Shown here: one piece after another, positions 10,045-18,497 of the stretch | How the letters are laid out: each line of letters begins with the position of its first letter | Position numbering within the stretch: position 1 is the first letter of the stretch | Assembly: GCF_001465295.1 (NCBI RefSeq) | Contig: NZ_CP011034.1 | Location: 1,080,001-1,112,000 of the forward strand | Direction: 5' to 3' | From: Pseudoalteromonas translucida KMM 520 | Lineage (GTDB): Bacteria; Pseudomonadota; Gammaproteobacteria; Enterobacterales; Alteromonadaceae | Length of the DNA stretch: 32,000 bases | Position numbers and translations under genes: made by a program | Notes under the pieces: model-generated | The model's input: only the letters and a program-made list of their open reading frames with translations | What the model was told of the DNA's origin: nothing | Database searches by the model: none

Positions 10045-10534
10045 GTTTCAATTCACTGTTAATCACATCCTAATGTGCACTGCATTCGCCAAATGGCGAC
10101 AAAAAGCATCATTTGTTTTAAAACCCTTCATAAATGCTGAATGAATAAAATTAATTATAAAAAGCTATTTACTTTCAATGCCTTATTTTTTGTTTTTTAT
10201 TTAATAATTTATAAAAAGTAAATTGTTAATGGTGGGTTTATTACAAAATCAACTTAAAACAGCCAGTAGTGGCTTATTTGCGCTGTGTTGTGTCTTTTTT
10301 ATGAAAGTTAACCTTATGATTTTTAAGCTTTAATTATTTAACCTCAAACAGCTGTTGCTAAAAAGCAACAAAAAATCATTATAAAACACCCTCAAACGGC
10401 TTAAATAATTATAAGTGATTGTTTTTAATGTGGTTTAAAAACATGGCATCGAAGTTGTAATACCTAAGCTGTATTGAGCAAAACAAGATTAAAGTTAAAC
10501 AGCTTAAATCATAACCCAATGAAGGAATTACATT

Positions 10535-10747
10535 ATGAAAACATTTAAATCAACACTGGTACTAATGGCTCTAGCTTCTTCATCAGCGGCTTTTGCAGCA
10601 ACAGATTTTGACACACTTGATGTAGACGGTAATGGCGCAATTAGCCAAGCAGAAGCGTCGGTAGATGCAGAGCTTATGAGTAAATTTACTGAGCTTGATA
10701 CTGACCAAAATGGTGAGTTATCTAAAGAAGAATTTTCTAAGGCATAA
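10535..10747 (+). CDS. Secreted/periplasmic mini EF-hand calcium-binding protein, paralog 1
   Basis: 70 aa. Sec signal peptide MKTFKSTLVLMALASSSAAFA|A. Two canonical 12-residue EF loops, DVDGNGAISQAE and DTDQNGELSKEE. RBS GAAGGA upstream. Confidence 0.85.
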   Translation: MKTFKSTLVLMALASSSAAFAATDFDTLDVDGNGAISQAEASVDAELMSKFTELDTDQNGELSKEEFSKA

Positions 10748-10890
10748 GCCTCAAGCCCTACAGCACAATTAATATTCTGAGTTGCCAAAGACAACCTAAA
10801 TAGGCAAGGGAGCCTTTGATAAAGAATAATAAGGAAATTCACGTGTTCTTGGGAAGGTTTATATATTACATATACTTGAAGGATTAAATT

Positions 10891-11103
10891 ATGAAAAAGT
10901 TACAATCAACACTGGTTTTAATGGCATTAGCGTCTTCGTCTGCAGTATTTGCAGGCACCGACTTTGAAACACTTGATGTAGATAGCAGTGGCACAATTAG
11001 CCAAGCCGAAGCGTCGGTTGCCGCTGAGTTAATGGAGCAATTTGCAGAGCTTGACGTTGATGGCAACGGTGAGCTTTCTAAAGAAGAATTTGCTGAGTAT
11101 TAA
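10891..11103 (+). CDS. Secreted/periplasmic mini EF-hand calcium-binding protein, paralog 2
   Basis: 70 aa. Signal peptide ...SSSAVFA|G. Loops DVDSSGTISQAE and DVDGNGELSKEE. About 74% identical to paralog 1 by hand alignment. Confidence 0.85.
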   Translation: MKKLQSTLVLMALASSSAVFAGTDFETLDVDSSGTISQAEASVAAELMEQFAELDVDGNGELSKEEFAEY

Positions 11104-11197
11104 TTTGCAGCACATTAATTTACAGAATATGGATTCTTGAAAAGGACTTTCACTTTATTATTTTTATTAAACAGGCTTTAAGCTTAAGGATAACACA

Positions 11198-11413
11198 ATG
11201 AAAACATTACATAAGACATTAGCACTAATCGCACTAGCATCATCTTCAGCGGCATTTGCAGCAGTAGACTTTGACTCATTTGATACAGATGGCGACGGCG
11301 TTATTAGCCAAACAGAAGCGCAGGCAAACCCGCAGCTTGCACAAATATTTGATGAATTAGATGCAGATGGTAATGGTGAGCTTTCTAAAGAAGAGTTTGC
11401 AGCAGTTCAATAA
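11198..11413 (+). CDS. Secreted/periplasmic mini EF-hand calcium-binding protein, paralog 3
   Basis: 71 aa. Signal peptide ...SSSAAFA|A. Loops DTDGDGVISQTE and DADGNGELSKEE. About 63% identical to paralog 1 by hand alignment. Confidence 0.85.
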   Translation: MKTLHKTLALIALASSSAAFAAVDFDSFDTDGDGVISQTEAQANPQLAQIFDELDADGNGELSKEEFAAVQ

Positions 11414-11451
11414 TGCTACCCACTTCTAACTAAATAATGATAATACGTACT

Positions 11452-11478
11452 AAAAAGCAGCCAATTGGCTGCTTTTTT
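11452..11478. terminator. Bidirectional rho-independent terminator between convergent genes
   Basis: aaaaaGCAGCCAatTGGCTGCtttttt. The 7-bp GC-rich stem is flanked by an A-run and a T-run. It sits between EF-hand paralog 3 (+) and the M28 peptidase (-). Confidence 0.85.
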
Positions 11479-11500
11479 ATGTGTGTTTAAAACGCAATTG

Positions 11501-13138
11501 CTAACGCTTATCTTGCTCACGTTTTGTTTTAAAGTCAGACTCTGCTTTCCACTTTGGCCAATCGTTGCTGTTAGCCAGTTGTGTGGCTATATTAATGATC
11601 AATTGGCTATCTTGCTCTACACCACCAAGCGACCAGTCAGCAGAGTAATCATCGGCTTCTTTGTGGTATTTATGAGTAATGTAATCAGGGTCGGTATCAC
11701 CAAGGCTCATAAATAATAAACTGGGCACACCTTGCTTAGAAAGCGAAAAGTGATCAGAGCGAAAAAACAGACCATTTTGCGGGCGAGGATCCATTTTTAC
11801 CGTTCGACCTTGTTGCTTAGCGGCCTTGGCTAAGTAATCTTCCATTTCAGAAAGCCCTTTACCATACTGTAAAACATAGTCAGTAGCGTCAAGTACGTTC
11901 ATGCCATCAATATTTAATAAGCCAACCATTTGTTTAGTTGGGATCACCGCACCAGATGCAAATTCTTCTGAGCCAATTAGGCCAGTTTCTTCTGCGGTAA
12001 AATTGGCAAAAATGATCGAACGTTTAAATGGCGTTTGTTGATGTATTTTACTCATTACTCTGGCAATTTCGAGCGTGGCGGCTGTACCAGATGCGTTATC
12101 TACCGCACCATTATAAATTTTAGGCCCGCTATCTGTTTGTTTAGTGCCAAAGTGATCCCAATGCGCGCTAATTACAACGTATTCCTCTGGCAGCTCGCTA
12201 CCGGTAAGTTGTGCTACTACGTTATGCGACTTTGCATGCGATACTTCATTTTTAAAGGCCAGATTTGCTTTTACGTTAAGCGGCAGCGCTTTAAAGTCAG
12301 CATTTAAAGCCTGCTGTTTTAATTGCTGATAGTTAAGGTTTGCTGCATTAAATAAGCGCTCGGTAGCCTCAAGGTGTAACCATCCCATAACAGGAAGTTT
12401 AGAGGTGTTGTTGGTGTCATCAATTAGCGTATATTTAGTACCCGTATTTGAGCTCTCTACTACGCTCCATGGGTAAGCTGCTGGTGCAGTTTCGTGCACT
12501 ATAAGAACAGCAGCAGCACCTTGGCGAGCCGCTTCTTCGTACTTGTAAGTCCAACGACCGTAGTAGGTCATAGCATTACCGGTAAACAGGCTGTCGTCTT
12601 GAGTTGCAAAGCCAGGATCGTTTACTAACACCACCACGGTTTTGCCTGTTACATCAAGGTTTTTATAATCGTTCCAGTTATATTCTGGCGCATTAATACC
12701 ATAGCCTACATATACCACGTCAGAATTACGCACATCAATAACGCTTTGTAGCTGCTCGGTACGGGCAGTAAAGTCTTTACCTGCACTAAAAGTGAGCTCA
12801 CCAATAGTTAATTGCATATTTTGATCAGCAGTTACTTTTGCCATTTTTACCGGTTGTAAGTACTTATCGTTATAAGCACCGCTTAAACCAAACGCTTGGT
12901 ATTGCTTAGTTAAATAACCAATTGTTTTTACTTCACCGGCTGTAAGGGGGCCACGACCTTCAAATTCGTCTGAGGCGAGTGTTTTAATGTGCTGTTTAAT
13001 ATTATTAATACTAAGTGCTTGGGAGTTTTCAAGTTTAGTTGTGTCAGCAGCTTGCTCTGAGCAACCTATGAGCGTTAGAAATAATAAAAGGCTGGTTGTT
13101 TTTATAATTGTCATAATAACTGAGGGTAGATAATACAT
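11501..13138 (-). CDS. M28-family zinc aminopeptidase with PA domain, probable lipoprotein
   Basis: M28 metal and catalytic motifs are present: SAHWDHFG, GAVDNASGTA, AEETGLIGSEEF, NIDGM and RSDHFSLSKQGVP. The lipobox is LTLIGC. The start is ambiguous, 13138 or the internal ATG at 13114 (MTIIKTT...). Confidence 0.85.
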   Translation of the reverse strand: MYYLPSVIMTIIKTTSLLLFLTLIGCSEQAADTTKLENSQALSINNIKQHIKTLASDEFEGRGPLTAGEVKTIGYLTKQYQAFGLSGAYNDKYLQPVKMAKVTADQNMQLTIGELTFSAGKDFTARTEQLQSVIDVRNSDVVYVGYGINAPEYNWNDYKNLDVTGKTVVVLVNDPGFATQDDSLFTGNAMTYYGRWTYKYEEAARQGAAAVLIVHETAPAAYPWSVVESSNTGTKYTLIDDTNNTSKLPVMGWLHLEATERLFNAANLNYQQLKQQALNADFKALPLNVKANLAFKNEVSHAKSHNVVAQLTGSELPEEYVVISAHWDHFGTKQTDSGPKIYNGAVDNASGTAATLEIARVMSKIHQQTPFKRSIIFANFTAEETGLIGSEEFASGAVIPTKQMVGLLNIDGMNVLDATDYVLQYGKGLSEMEDYLAKAAKQQGRTVKMDPRPQNGLFFRSDHFSLSKQGVPSLLFMSLGDTDPDYITHKYHKEADDYSADWSLGGVEQDSQLIINIATQLANSNDWPKWKAESDFKTKREQDKR

Positions 13139-13371
13139 AGCTAGACTATATACAGCGCGCTTTAAAGTGTCTATACAGGATAGAATTTTATAGACTTAAG
13201 TTTTAGCAGTTACACAATATTGAACTTAGAATTTAGGACTAAAGAGGGGGAGCAAGGAGCAAAAGTGAGTTGTGGCAGTGTTATAAATGTAGGCCAAATT
13301 AATACTGCCCTAATAATAAAAACACCTCAGTGTTTATAATATTAAGGGCAATAATAGTCGCGGCTAACTAA

Positions 13372-13611
13372 TTAAGCATCTGCTAATTTAACGCGGATTT
13401 TGCTTTTATCAACAGTTGCTTGGTTAAGGGCTTTAATTGCACCTTTAACTTCTATGTCGTTTGGCATTTCAACAAAGGCAAAGCCTTTAGATTGGCCAGT
13501 TTCTTTATCAAGTACTAAGTTACAGGTAGTCACTTTACCGTGCTCTGCAAATAAAGTACGAAGGTCGTGCTCAGAAGTAGCACGAGATAAGTTGCGAACT
13601 AATAGTTTCAT
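13372..13611 (-). CDS. RRM-domain RNA-binding protein
   Basis: 79 aa with RNP2 (LLVRNL) and RNP1 (KGFAFVEM) motifs at canonical spacing. Confidence 0.85.
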   Translation of the reverse strand: MKLLVRNLSRATSEHDLRTLFAEHGKVTTCNLVLDKETGQSKGFAFVEMPNDIEVKGAIKALNQATVDKSKIRVKLADA

Positions 13612-13739
13612 AATGAACCATGTTTTAAAAATAACTATCGCGATTGTCTCAAGTAAAAGCCGATTGACCTAACGATAAATTGCGATCAGTAAAAATAGTT
13701 TAAACTTAATAGCTTAATTTTATGATGAAGGACGACTAA

Positions 13740-14190
13740 ATGAATACGGTAATTATAGTTTTAGGCGCTCCCAACAGTAGTGACGGTCGTTTATCAGTAA
13801 TAGCGAAAAGTCGATACGATCAGGCATATCAAACATATTTGCATAATCCCAAGGCTAAAATATTATGTACAGGAGGTTTTGGCGCGCATTTTAATACCAC
13901 TGATTGCGCGCATGAACGATACACTAAACAATTATTTTATTGAGCTTGGAATACCTGCAGCTGTATTTTTAGACATTCCATTAAGCCGCTTTACCTTTGA
14001 GAATGCTCTACTGGCTAAACCTATTTTAGCGAGTGCTAATATCAGCCATGCAATTTTGTTCAGCTCGGCGTTTCATATGCAGCATGCGCATTATATATTT
14101 AACCATGTGCTGCCAATATTAAATCTAAATTTAGTCAGTGCTAAGGCACCATTACCAGATATTAAATTAGTGCAGTTGTATGCCTATTAA
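13740..14190 (+). pseudogene. DUF218 (YdcF/ElyC/SanA-like) gene disrupted by a +1 frameshift near 13903-13925
   Basis: ORF 13740-13943 encodes the N-terminal half (VIIVLGAPNSSDGRLS...ILCTGGFG). ORF 13879-14190, in the +1 frame, encodes the rest (YFIELGIP...SRFTFENA...ILFSSAFHMQHA). Together they form one DUF218 domain. The frame also stays open after the TAA at 14188 up to about 14280. Confidence 0.65.
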
Positions 14191-14328
14191 TATGTAGTAA
14201 TGATTAGGGAGGAGGAAAATATTCGGCAGTTTATTTTATCTAAGTTACCAACACTGGCCATACAAGCAACTAAAGTAAGATAGTAACCTGCCGATATCTA
14301 GTAATAAATAACGAACAAGGAAAATGAT

Positions 14329-15048
14329 ATGAAAGTTAATTCAAATGATACTAACCTAGTATCGCAATTTATATCGAACGGTTCAGAAGTAAAAGTTAAT
14401 AAACCTGCAAATGGTAAAGAGCAATTAAATAGTGAAATTGAGCGACTAGCTAAGGATATATATCATAAAGATCAGCCTAAAGAGCCTGAAGCGACCTATG
14501 ATAAGCCAATGAATATATCAACAAATAATGTTGTATCAACAAGGGAAGTAGAAGAAAAAGCGTTAAATAATATTCGAATCGCTACTGTCAATCTTTATAT
14601 GCCGGGTGGTGAAGTTTCCAACTCTGTTGAAAAAATGTTTACTCAGTATGACAATATTATGGCTGAAATAGCGGCCAAACAACCATCATTAGCGAATAAA
14701 GACTGGGGGATATCAATCAGTCAATCAGGTGAGCTAGAAGTTACAGGTTCCATTAATGATAAAGAGAAAAGTCTTATATCTGAAAAATTAAATGACAACG
14801 GGGATTTTGTGGCCGCAGCTAACGAGTTTAAATCGAGCTTTCTAGAGCACATTGACTTGGGAGTTAGGGGGTGGTCAAGTTACGACGTAAACGAAGATAA
14901 TTTCTCAAAAATATTTGATTTAAAAGAAATTCTGGATAATTCACAAGGCGGAGAAAGCTTTAAACAGGCTTGGAATAAGGACTTTAGTTGGCTTGAGCTA
15001 AACGATAATATCTCATCTCAACTTAGAAGAAATGCAATTAAAAATTAA
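14329..15048 (+). CDS. Hypothetical protein (ORFan-like, acidic, no signal peptide or TM)
   Basis: 239-aa ORF with RBS AAGGAAAA upstream and a terminator downstream. I recognise no motif. Confidence 0.6.
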   Translation: MKVNSNDTNLVSQFISNGSEVKVNKPANGKEQLNSEIERLAKDIYHKDQPKEPEATYDKPMNISTNNVVSTREVEEKALNNIRIATVNLYMPGGEVSNSVEKMFTQYDNIMAEIAAKQPSLANKDWGISISQSGELEVTGSINDKEKSLISEKLNDNGDFVAAANEFKSSFLEHIDLGVRGWSSYDVNEDNFSKIFDLKEILDNSQGGESFKQAWNKDFSWLELNDNISSQLRRNAIKN

Positions 15049-15091
15049 AACAATTCAATTATCCTTATTGCTTATGGGTAATAAACTGCAA

Positions 15092-15133
15092 CAAAAAAGC
15101 CGTTAATGACTATTGAACACTAACGGCTTGCTT
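15092..15133. terminator. Bidirectional terminator between the ORFan (+) and lipA (-)
   Basis: Stem gccgttaatg paired with cactaacggc (10 bp, one mismatch). An A-run lies on the left, giving the T-run for the minus strand. ttgctt lies on the right. Confidence 0.7.
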
Positions 15134-15149
15134 AATTTATAAAAGCGAC

Positions 15150-16115
15150 TTATTTTACTTCTTTACCTGCCGCTTGTTGGTCAGCATGGTAGCTAGAGCG
15201 TACAAATGGGCCAGAGGCTGCATGGGTAAAGCCAATTTCATCAGCATAGGCTTTTAGTGCATCAAACTCAGCAGGTGGCACGTAACGTTTTACTGGTAAG
15301 TGATGCTTAGAAGGCTGTAAGTATTGGCCTACTGTAAGCATATCAACGTTATGGGCACGTAAATCGCGAAGTACTTCTTCTATTTCGCTAATTTCTTCAC
15401 CTAAACCAACCATTAAACCGGACTTAGTTTTAATCTCTGGGTGCGCTTCTTTAAAGCGACGCAGTAGCTCAAGTGACCATTTATAATCAGCCCCTGGACG
15501 CGCAAGTTTGTATAAACGCGGCGCAGTTTCTAGGTTATGGTTAAACACATCCGGTGGGGTTTCGATTAGTATTTCGAGCGCGCGGTCCATACGGCCACGG
15601 AAATCGGGTACTAAAATCTCAATAGTAATATTTGGGCTGTGCTTGCGAATTTCGCGAATACAATCGGCAAAATGCTGCGCGCCACCATCACGTAAATCAT
15701 CACGATCTACCGAGGTAATAACCACATAGCTTAGCTTCATGTCTTTAATTGTAAGCGCTAGTTTTTCAGGCTCAGTTGCATCAGGTGTTAATGGACGACC
15801 ATGGGCAACATCACAAAATGGGCAACGACGAGTACAAATTGCACCTAAAATCATAAAGGTAGCTGTACCGTGGTTAAAACATTCAGATAGGTTAGGGCAC
15901 GAAGCCTCTTCGCATACCGAGTGTAGTCCATGCTTACGCATTGCTTGTTTAATGCCCTCAATACGCTCAGTTGATTTAGGTAAGCGAATTTTTAGCCACT
16001 CTGGCTTGCGTAACATTTCGTTTTTTTCTGTTGGTAAAACTTTTACGGGGATCAACGCCATTTTTGCTGCGTCGCGTAGTTTTACACCTGGTTCCATCTT
16101 GACTGGTTTATTCAT
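15150..16115 (-). CDS. lipA: Lipoyl synthase (radical SAM)
   Basis: 321 aa with the [12 protein letters not shown] and CTRRCPFC Fe-S cluster motifs. ATGA overlap with lipB. Confidence 0.95.
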   Translation of the reverse strand: MNKPVKMEPGVKLRDAAKMALIPVKVLPTEKNEMLRKPEWLKIRLPKSTERIEGIKQAMRKHGLHSVCEEASCPNLSECFNHGTATFMILGAICTRRCPFCDVAHGRPLTPDATEPEKLALTIKDMKLSYVVITSVDRDDLRDGGAQHFADCIREIRKHSPNITIEILVPDFRGRMDRALEILIETPPDVFNHNLETAPRLYKLARPGADYKWSLELLRRFKEAHPEIKTKSGLMVGLGEEISEIEEVLRDLRAHNVDMLTVGQYLQPSKHHLPVKRYVPPAEFDALKAYADEIGFTHAASGPFVRSSYHADQQAAGKEVK

Positions 16116-16777
16116 TCGTTTTCAAACCCTTCAGTATGCTTAACCTGTGTTGCATTAAGCTTTTTAATCATGTGTTTTACCAGTCCTGCACCTGCTATTT
16201 CTAGGTTTTGAGGACCCTTTAATTCTTTAGTTTGCACCATATTCATGCCTGCATAACCACATGGGTTAATGCGTAAAAATGGACTTAAGTCCATGTTAAC
16301 ATTTAATGCTAAGCCATGAAACGAGCAACCACGACGAACGCGTAAACCCAAAGAGGCTATTTTACTGTCGTTAACGTAAACACCGGGCGCATCGGCTTTG
16401 GCGTATGCTTGAATGTCGTACTCGGCGAGGGATTCAATAATACACTCTTCTAGCCAAGTAACTAACTCGCGTACACCAATTTTTAAACGACGTAAGTTAA
16501 ATAGTACATACATCATTTGCTGGCCGGGGCCGTGGTAGGTTACTTGCCCACCGCGATCAACTTTAATTACTTCTATATCGCCGGGTGCGAGTAAGTGCTC
16601 GTCTTTACCTGCTTGGCCTTGAGTAAATACACTTTCGTGCTCTACTAACCAAATTTCATCCGCGCTATTGTCGTCGCGGGTATCGGTGAAGTCTTGCATT
16701 TTTTGCCAAATTGGCAAGTAACGCTGGCGGCCAAGTTGGCGCACGATTAAGGTGTTTTCTTTCACAACAAATCTCAA
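16112..16777 (-). CDS. lipB: Octanoyltransferase (lipoyl(octanoyl) transferase)
   Basis: Contains [11 protein letters not shown]...[17 protein letters not shown] and the PCGY active-site region. The caller's start at 16777 is a TTG. A GTG at 16765 gives [12 protein letters not shown], which is closer to E. coli LipB, so the start is uncertain. Confidence 0.9.
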   Translation of the reverse strand: MRFVVKENTLIVRQLGRQRYLPIWQKMQDFTDTRDDNSADEIWLVEHESVFTQGQAGKDEHLLAPGDIEVIKVDRGGQVTYHGPGQQMMYVLFNLRRLKIGVRELVTWLEECIIESLAEYDIQAYAKADAPGVYVNDSKIASLGLRVRRGCSFHGLALNVNMDLSPFLRINPCGYAGMNMVQTKELKGPQNLEIAGAGLVKHMIKKLNATQVKHTEGFENE

Positions 16778-16784
16778 TTATGGC

Positions 16785-17063
16785 TTAAAGCATGTGGCGT
16801 ACGTCATCTAGATTACTGATCACGTTATAAATTTCTTCAATATGAGCGCCACTAGTAACGGTTGCAACAAGCGAAACTGATTCGTAATTACCTTTGCTAC
16901 TTGGTTTTACTTTTGGGGCATAGTCGCCAGGTGCAATAACTTGTAACTTAGCTAAAATTTGATCCGTTAAGTTTACATTGGCTAAACCCATTATTTTAAA
17001 TGTAAACGGGCAAGGGAACTCTAAATACTCATCAAATTTAGTATCTTTAACTGGTTGAACCAC
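16785..17063 (-). CDS. ybeD: YbeD-family protein (DUF493)
   Basis: 92 aa with the motif [11 protein letters not shown]. It lies between dacA and lipB, as in E. coli. Confidence 0.88.
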
Positions 17064-17234
17064 GACAGTGACTCCTCATACAAAAAAGTGTTGGCTTAAT
17101 TTTGCTAAGTGGCAAACCCTAAGCTTAATACTATTGGGCTAATGGCAATCTGAGTTAAGCTTGTTTGGCTGTGCCAAAAAGTTACAACTCAACATAATTG
17201 ACTTATATGGGGCGCATTCTAGCATTTTTCAAGC

Positions 17235-17263
17235 AAAAAAAAACGCCTCATAGCAGAGGCGTT
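17235..17263 (-). terminator. Rho-independent terminator downstream of dacA
   Basis: On the minus strand, AACGCCTC-tgctat-GAGGCGTT is followed by a 9-10 nt T-run. Confidence 0.85.
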
Positions 17264-17280
17264 CATATTGTTTTATGCGG

Positions 17281-18453
17281 CTATTGCATTATCTGTAAAC
17301 GTAAGTAGTCATAAATTTTACTAAAGAAGCTACCTTCTTCCACTTCTTCAAGTGTAACTAGCGGATATTGTGCAATATCTTCGCCTTCTAGTTGTAAAAA
17401 TAAAGTACCTACTGTAGTGCCTTTAGCTAATGGCGCTTCAAGCGTGTTATCTAATTTAAAGTTCGCTTTTAAATTTTTATGCTGACCACGTGGAATAGTA
17501 ATAGGGGTATCTTCTAAAATACCTAAAGAAACATTTTCTTTATTACCCATCCAAATACGTTGCTCTGCAAAGCTATCGCCTGCTTTGTACGGTGTAATTG
17601 TTTCATAAAAACGAAAGCCATAGTTAAGTAACTTTTTGCTTTCTTCTTTACGTGCGCGCTCGCTTGAAGTACCCATAACAACAGCAATTAAACGCATATC
17701 GTTTTTAGTTGCAGAGGTTACTAAGCTGTAGCCTGCATCTGATGTATGACCGGTTTTAATACCGTCTACGTCTAGGCTTTCATCCCATAATAATGAGTTA
17801 CGGTTATATTGTTTAATACCGTTATAAGTAAATGACTTTTTCTTATAAAGTGCGTACTCATCGGGTACATCGCGAATAAGTGCGCCGCCAAGAGTTGCCA
17901 TATCACGCGGTGTTGTATAATGCGCGTCGGTATCAAGGCCGTGGCTATTAATAAAGTGAGTGTTGCTCATGCCTAATTTTGCAGCATGGGCGTTCATTAA
18001 ATCAGCAAAAGCGCTTTCGCTACCGGCAATGTGCTCTGCCATAGCAACGCAGGCATCGTTACCTGATTGAATAATTATTCCGTGGTTTAGGTCATCAACG
18101 CTAATTTGTTTACCAACTTCAATAAACATTTTAGATGATTCTGGAAAGTTTTTAGCCCACGCTTTTTCGCTAACCGTAACCATGTCTGTAGGTGCAATAT
18201 TACCGGCTTTAACTTCTGTGCCTATAACATAACTGGTCATCATTTTAGTTAAACTAGCAGGTGCTAATCTTGTATCTGCTTCACCTTGGGCGATAACTTT
18301 GCCAGTTGTAAAGTCTACTAAAAAATAACCTTTAGCATTAACTTGAGGAGGTGCTGGAATAATTTGTGCGGTGGCTGAAAATACGGCGGCAGAACAAACT
18401 AGGCCACATACCCCGTTGAGAATTTTATGTTTAATAGATTTCATCATACTCAT
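17281..18453 (-). CDS. dacA: D-alanyl-D-alanine carboxypeptidase (PBP5/6 class)
   Basis: Signal peptide, then the SLTK (SxxK), SGN and KTGHT motifs. There is a C-terminal PBP5-type domain. Confidence 0.92.
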   Translation of the reverse strand: MSMMKSIKHKILNGVCGLVCSAAVFSATAQIIPAPPQVNAKGYFLVDFTTGKVIAQGEADTRLAPASLTKMMTSYVIGTEVKAGNIAPTDMVTVSEKAWAKNFPESSKMFIEVGKQISVDDLNHGIIIQSGNDACVAMAEHIAGSESAFADLMNAHAAKLGMSNTHFINSHGLDTDAHYTTPRDMATLGGALIRDVPDEYALYKKKSFTYNGIKQYNRNSLLWDESLDVDGIKTGHTSDAGYSLVTSATKNDMRLIAVVMGTSSERARKEESKKLLNYGFRFYETITPYKAGDSFAEQRIWMGNKENVSLGILEDTPITIPRGQHKNLKANFKLDNTLEAPLAKGTTVGTLFLQLEGEDIAQYPLVTLEEVEEGSFFSKIYDYLRLQIMQ

Positions 18454-18497
18454 TAATGGTTAAAGTTAAAGATTTGCGTTAGCTTATTCTAAAGGGC

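Noticed and set aside
9932-10144. 70-aa ORF overlapping the end of the Trp-rich protein gene and running through the terminator
   Set aside because: It overlaps a better-supported gene out of frame and reads through a rho-independent terminator hairpin. It has no RBS and no recognisable motif.
10229-10333. 34-codon hydrophobic ORF (MVGLLQNQLKTASSGLFALCCVFFMKVNLMIFKL) in the long AT-rich gap
   Set aside because: There is no Shine-Dalgarno upstream and the sequence is AT-rich, so short ORFs arise by chance. Nothing supports it beyond the ATG.
10444-10458. Sigma-54-like promoter TGGCAT-N5-TTGT upstream of EF-hand paralog 1
   Set aside because: The -12 element is GT rather than the near-invariant GC, and no enhancer-binding protein gene or UAS is nearby. 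I mention it only as a weak possibility under the intergenic finding.
10528-11066. ORFs 10528-10842 (-) and 10884-11066 (-), antisense to EF-hand paralogs 1 and 2
   Set aside because: They mirror the plus-strand genes, which have RBSs, signal peptides and canonical EF loops. The antisense products are low-complexity Ser/Ala-rich with no start context. They arise because the duplicated sense sequence lacks stops on the opposite strand.
11465-11716. Plus-strand 83-aa ORF overlapping the 3' end of the M28 peptidase gene
   Set aside because: It starts within the bidirectional terminator and is antisense to a gene with complete M28 motifs. The product is hydrophobic low-complexity sequence.
12035-12307. 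Plus-strand 90-aa ORF inside the M28 peptidase gene
   Set aside because: It is antisense to a confidently identified gene, and it has no RBS or motifs.
13400-13672. Plus-strand 90-aa ORF opposite the RRM protein gene
   Set aside because: The minus-strand product has canonical RNP1 and RNP2 motifs. The plus-strand ORF is its antisense shadow.
15508-16143. Plus-strand ORFs 15508-15729 and 15739-16143, antisense to lipA
   Set aside because: The minus-strand lipA carries both Fe-S cluster motifs intact, so these ORFs are antisense artefacts.
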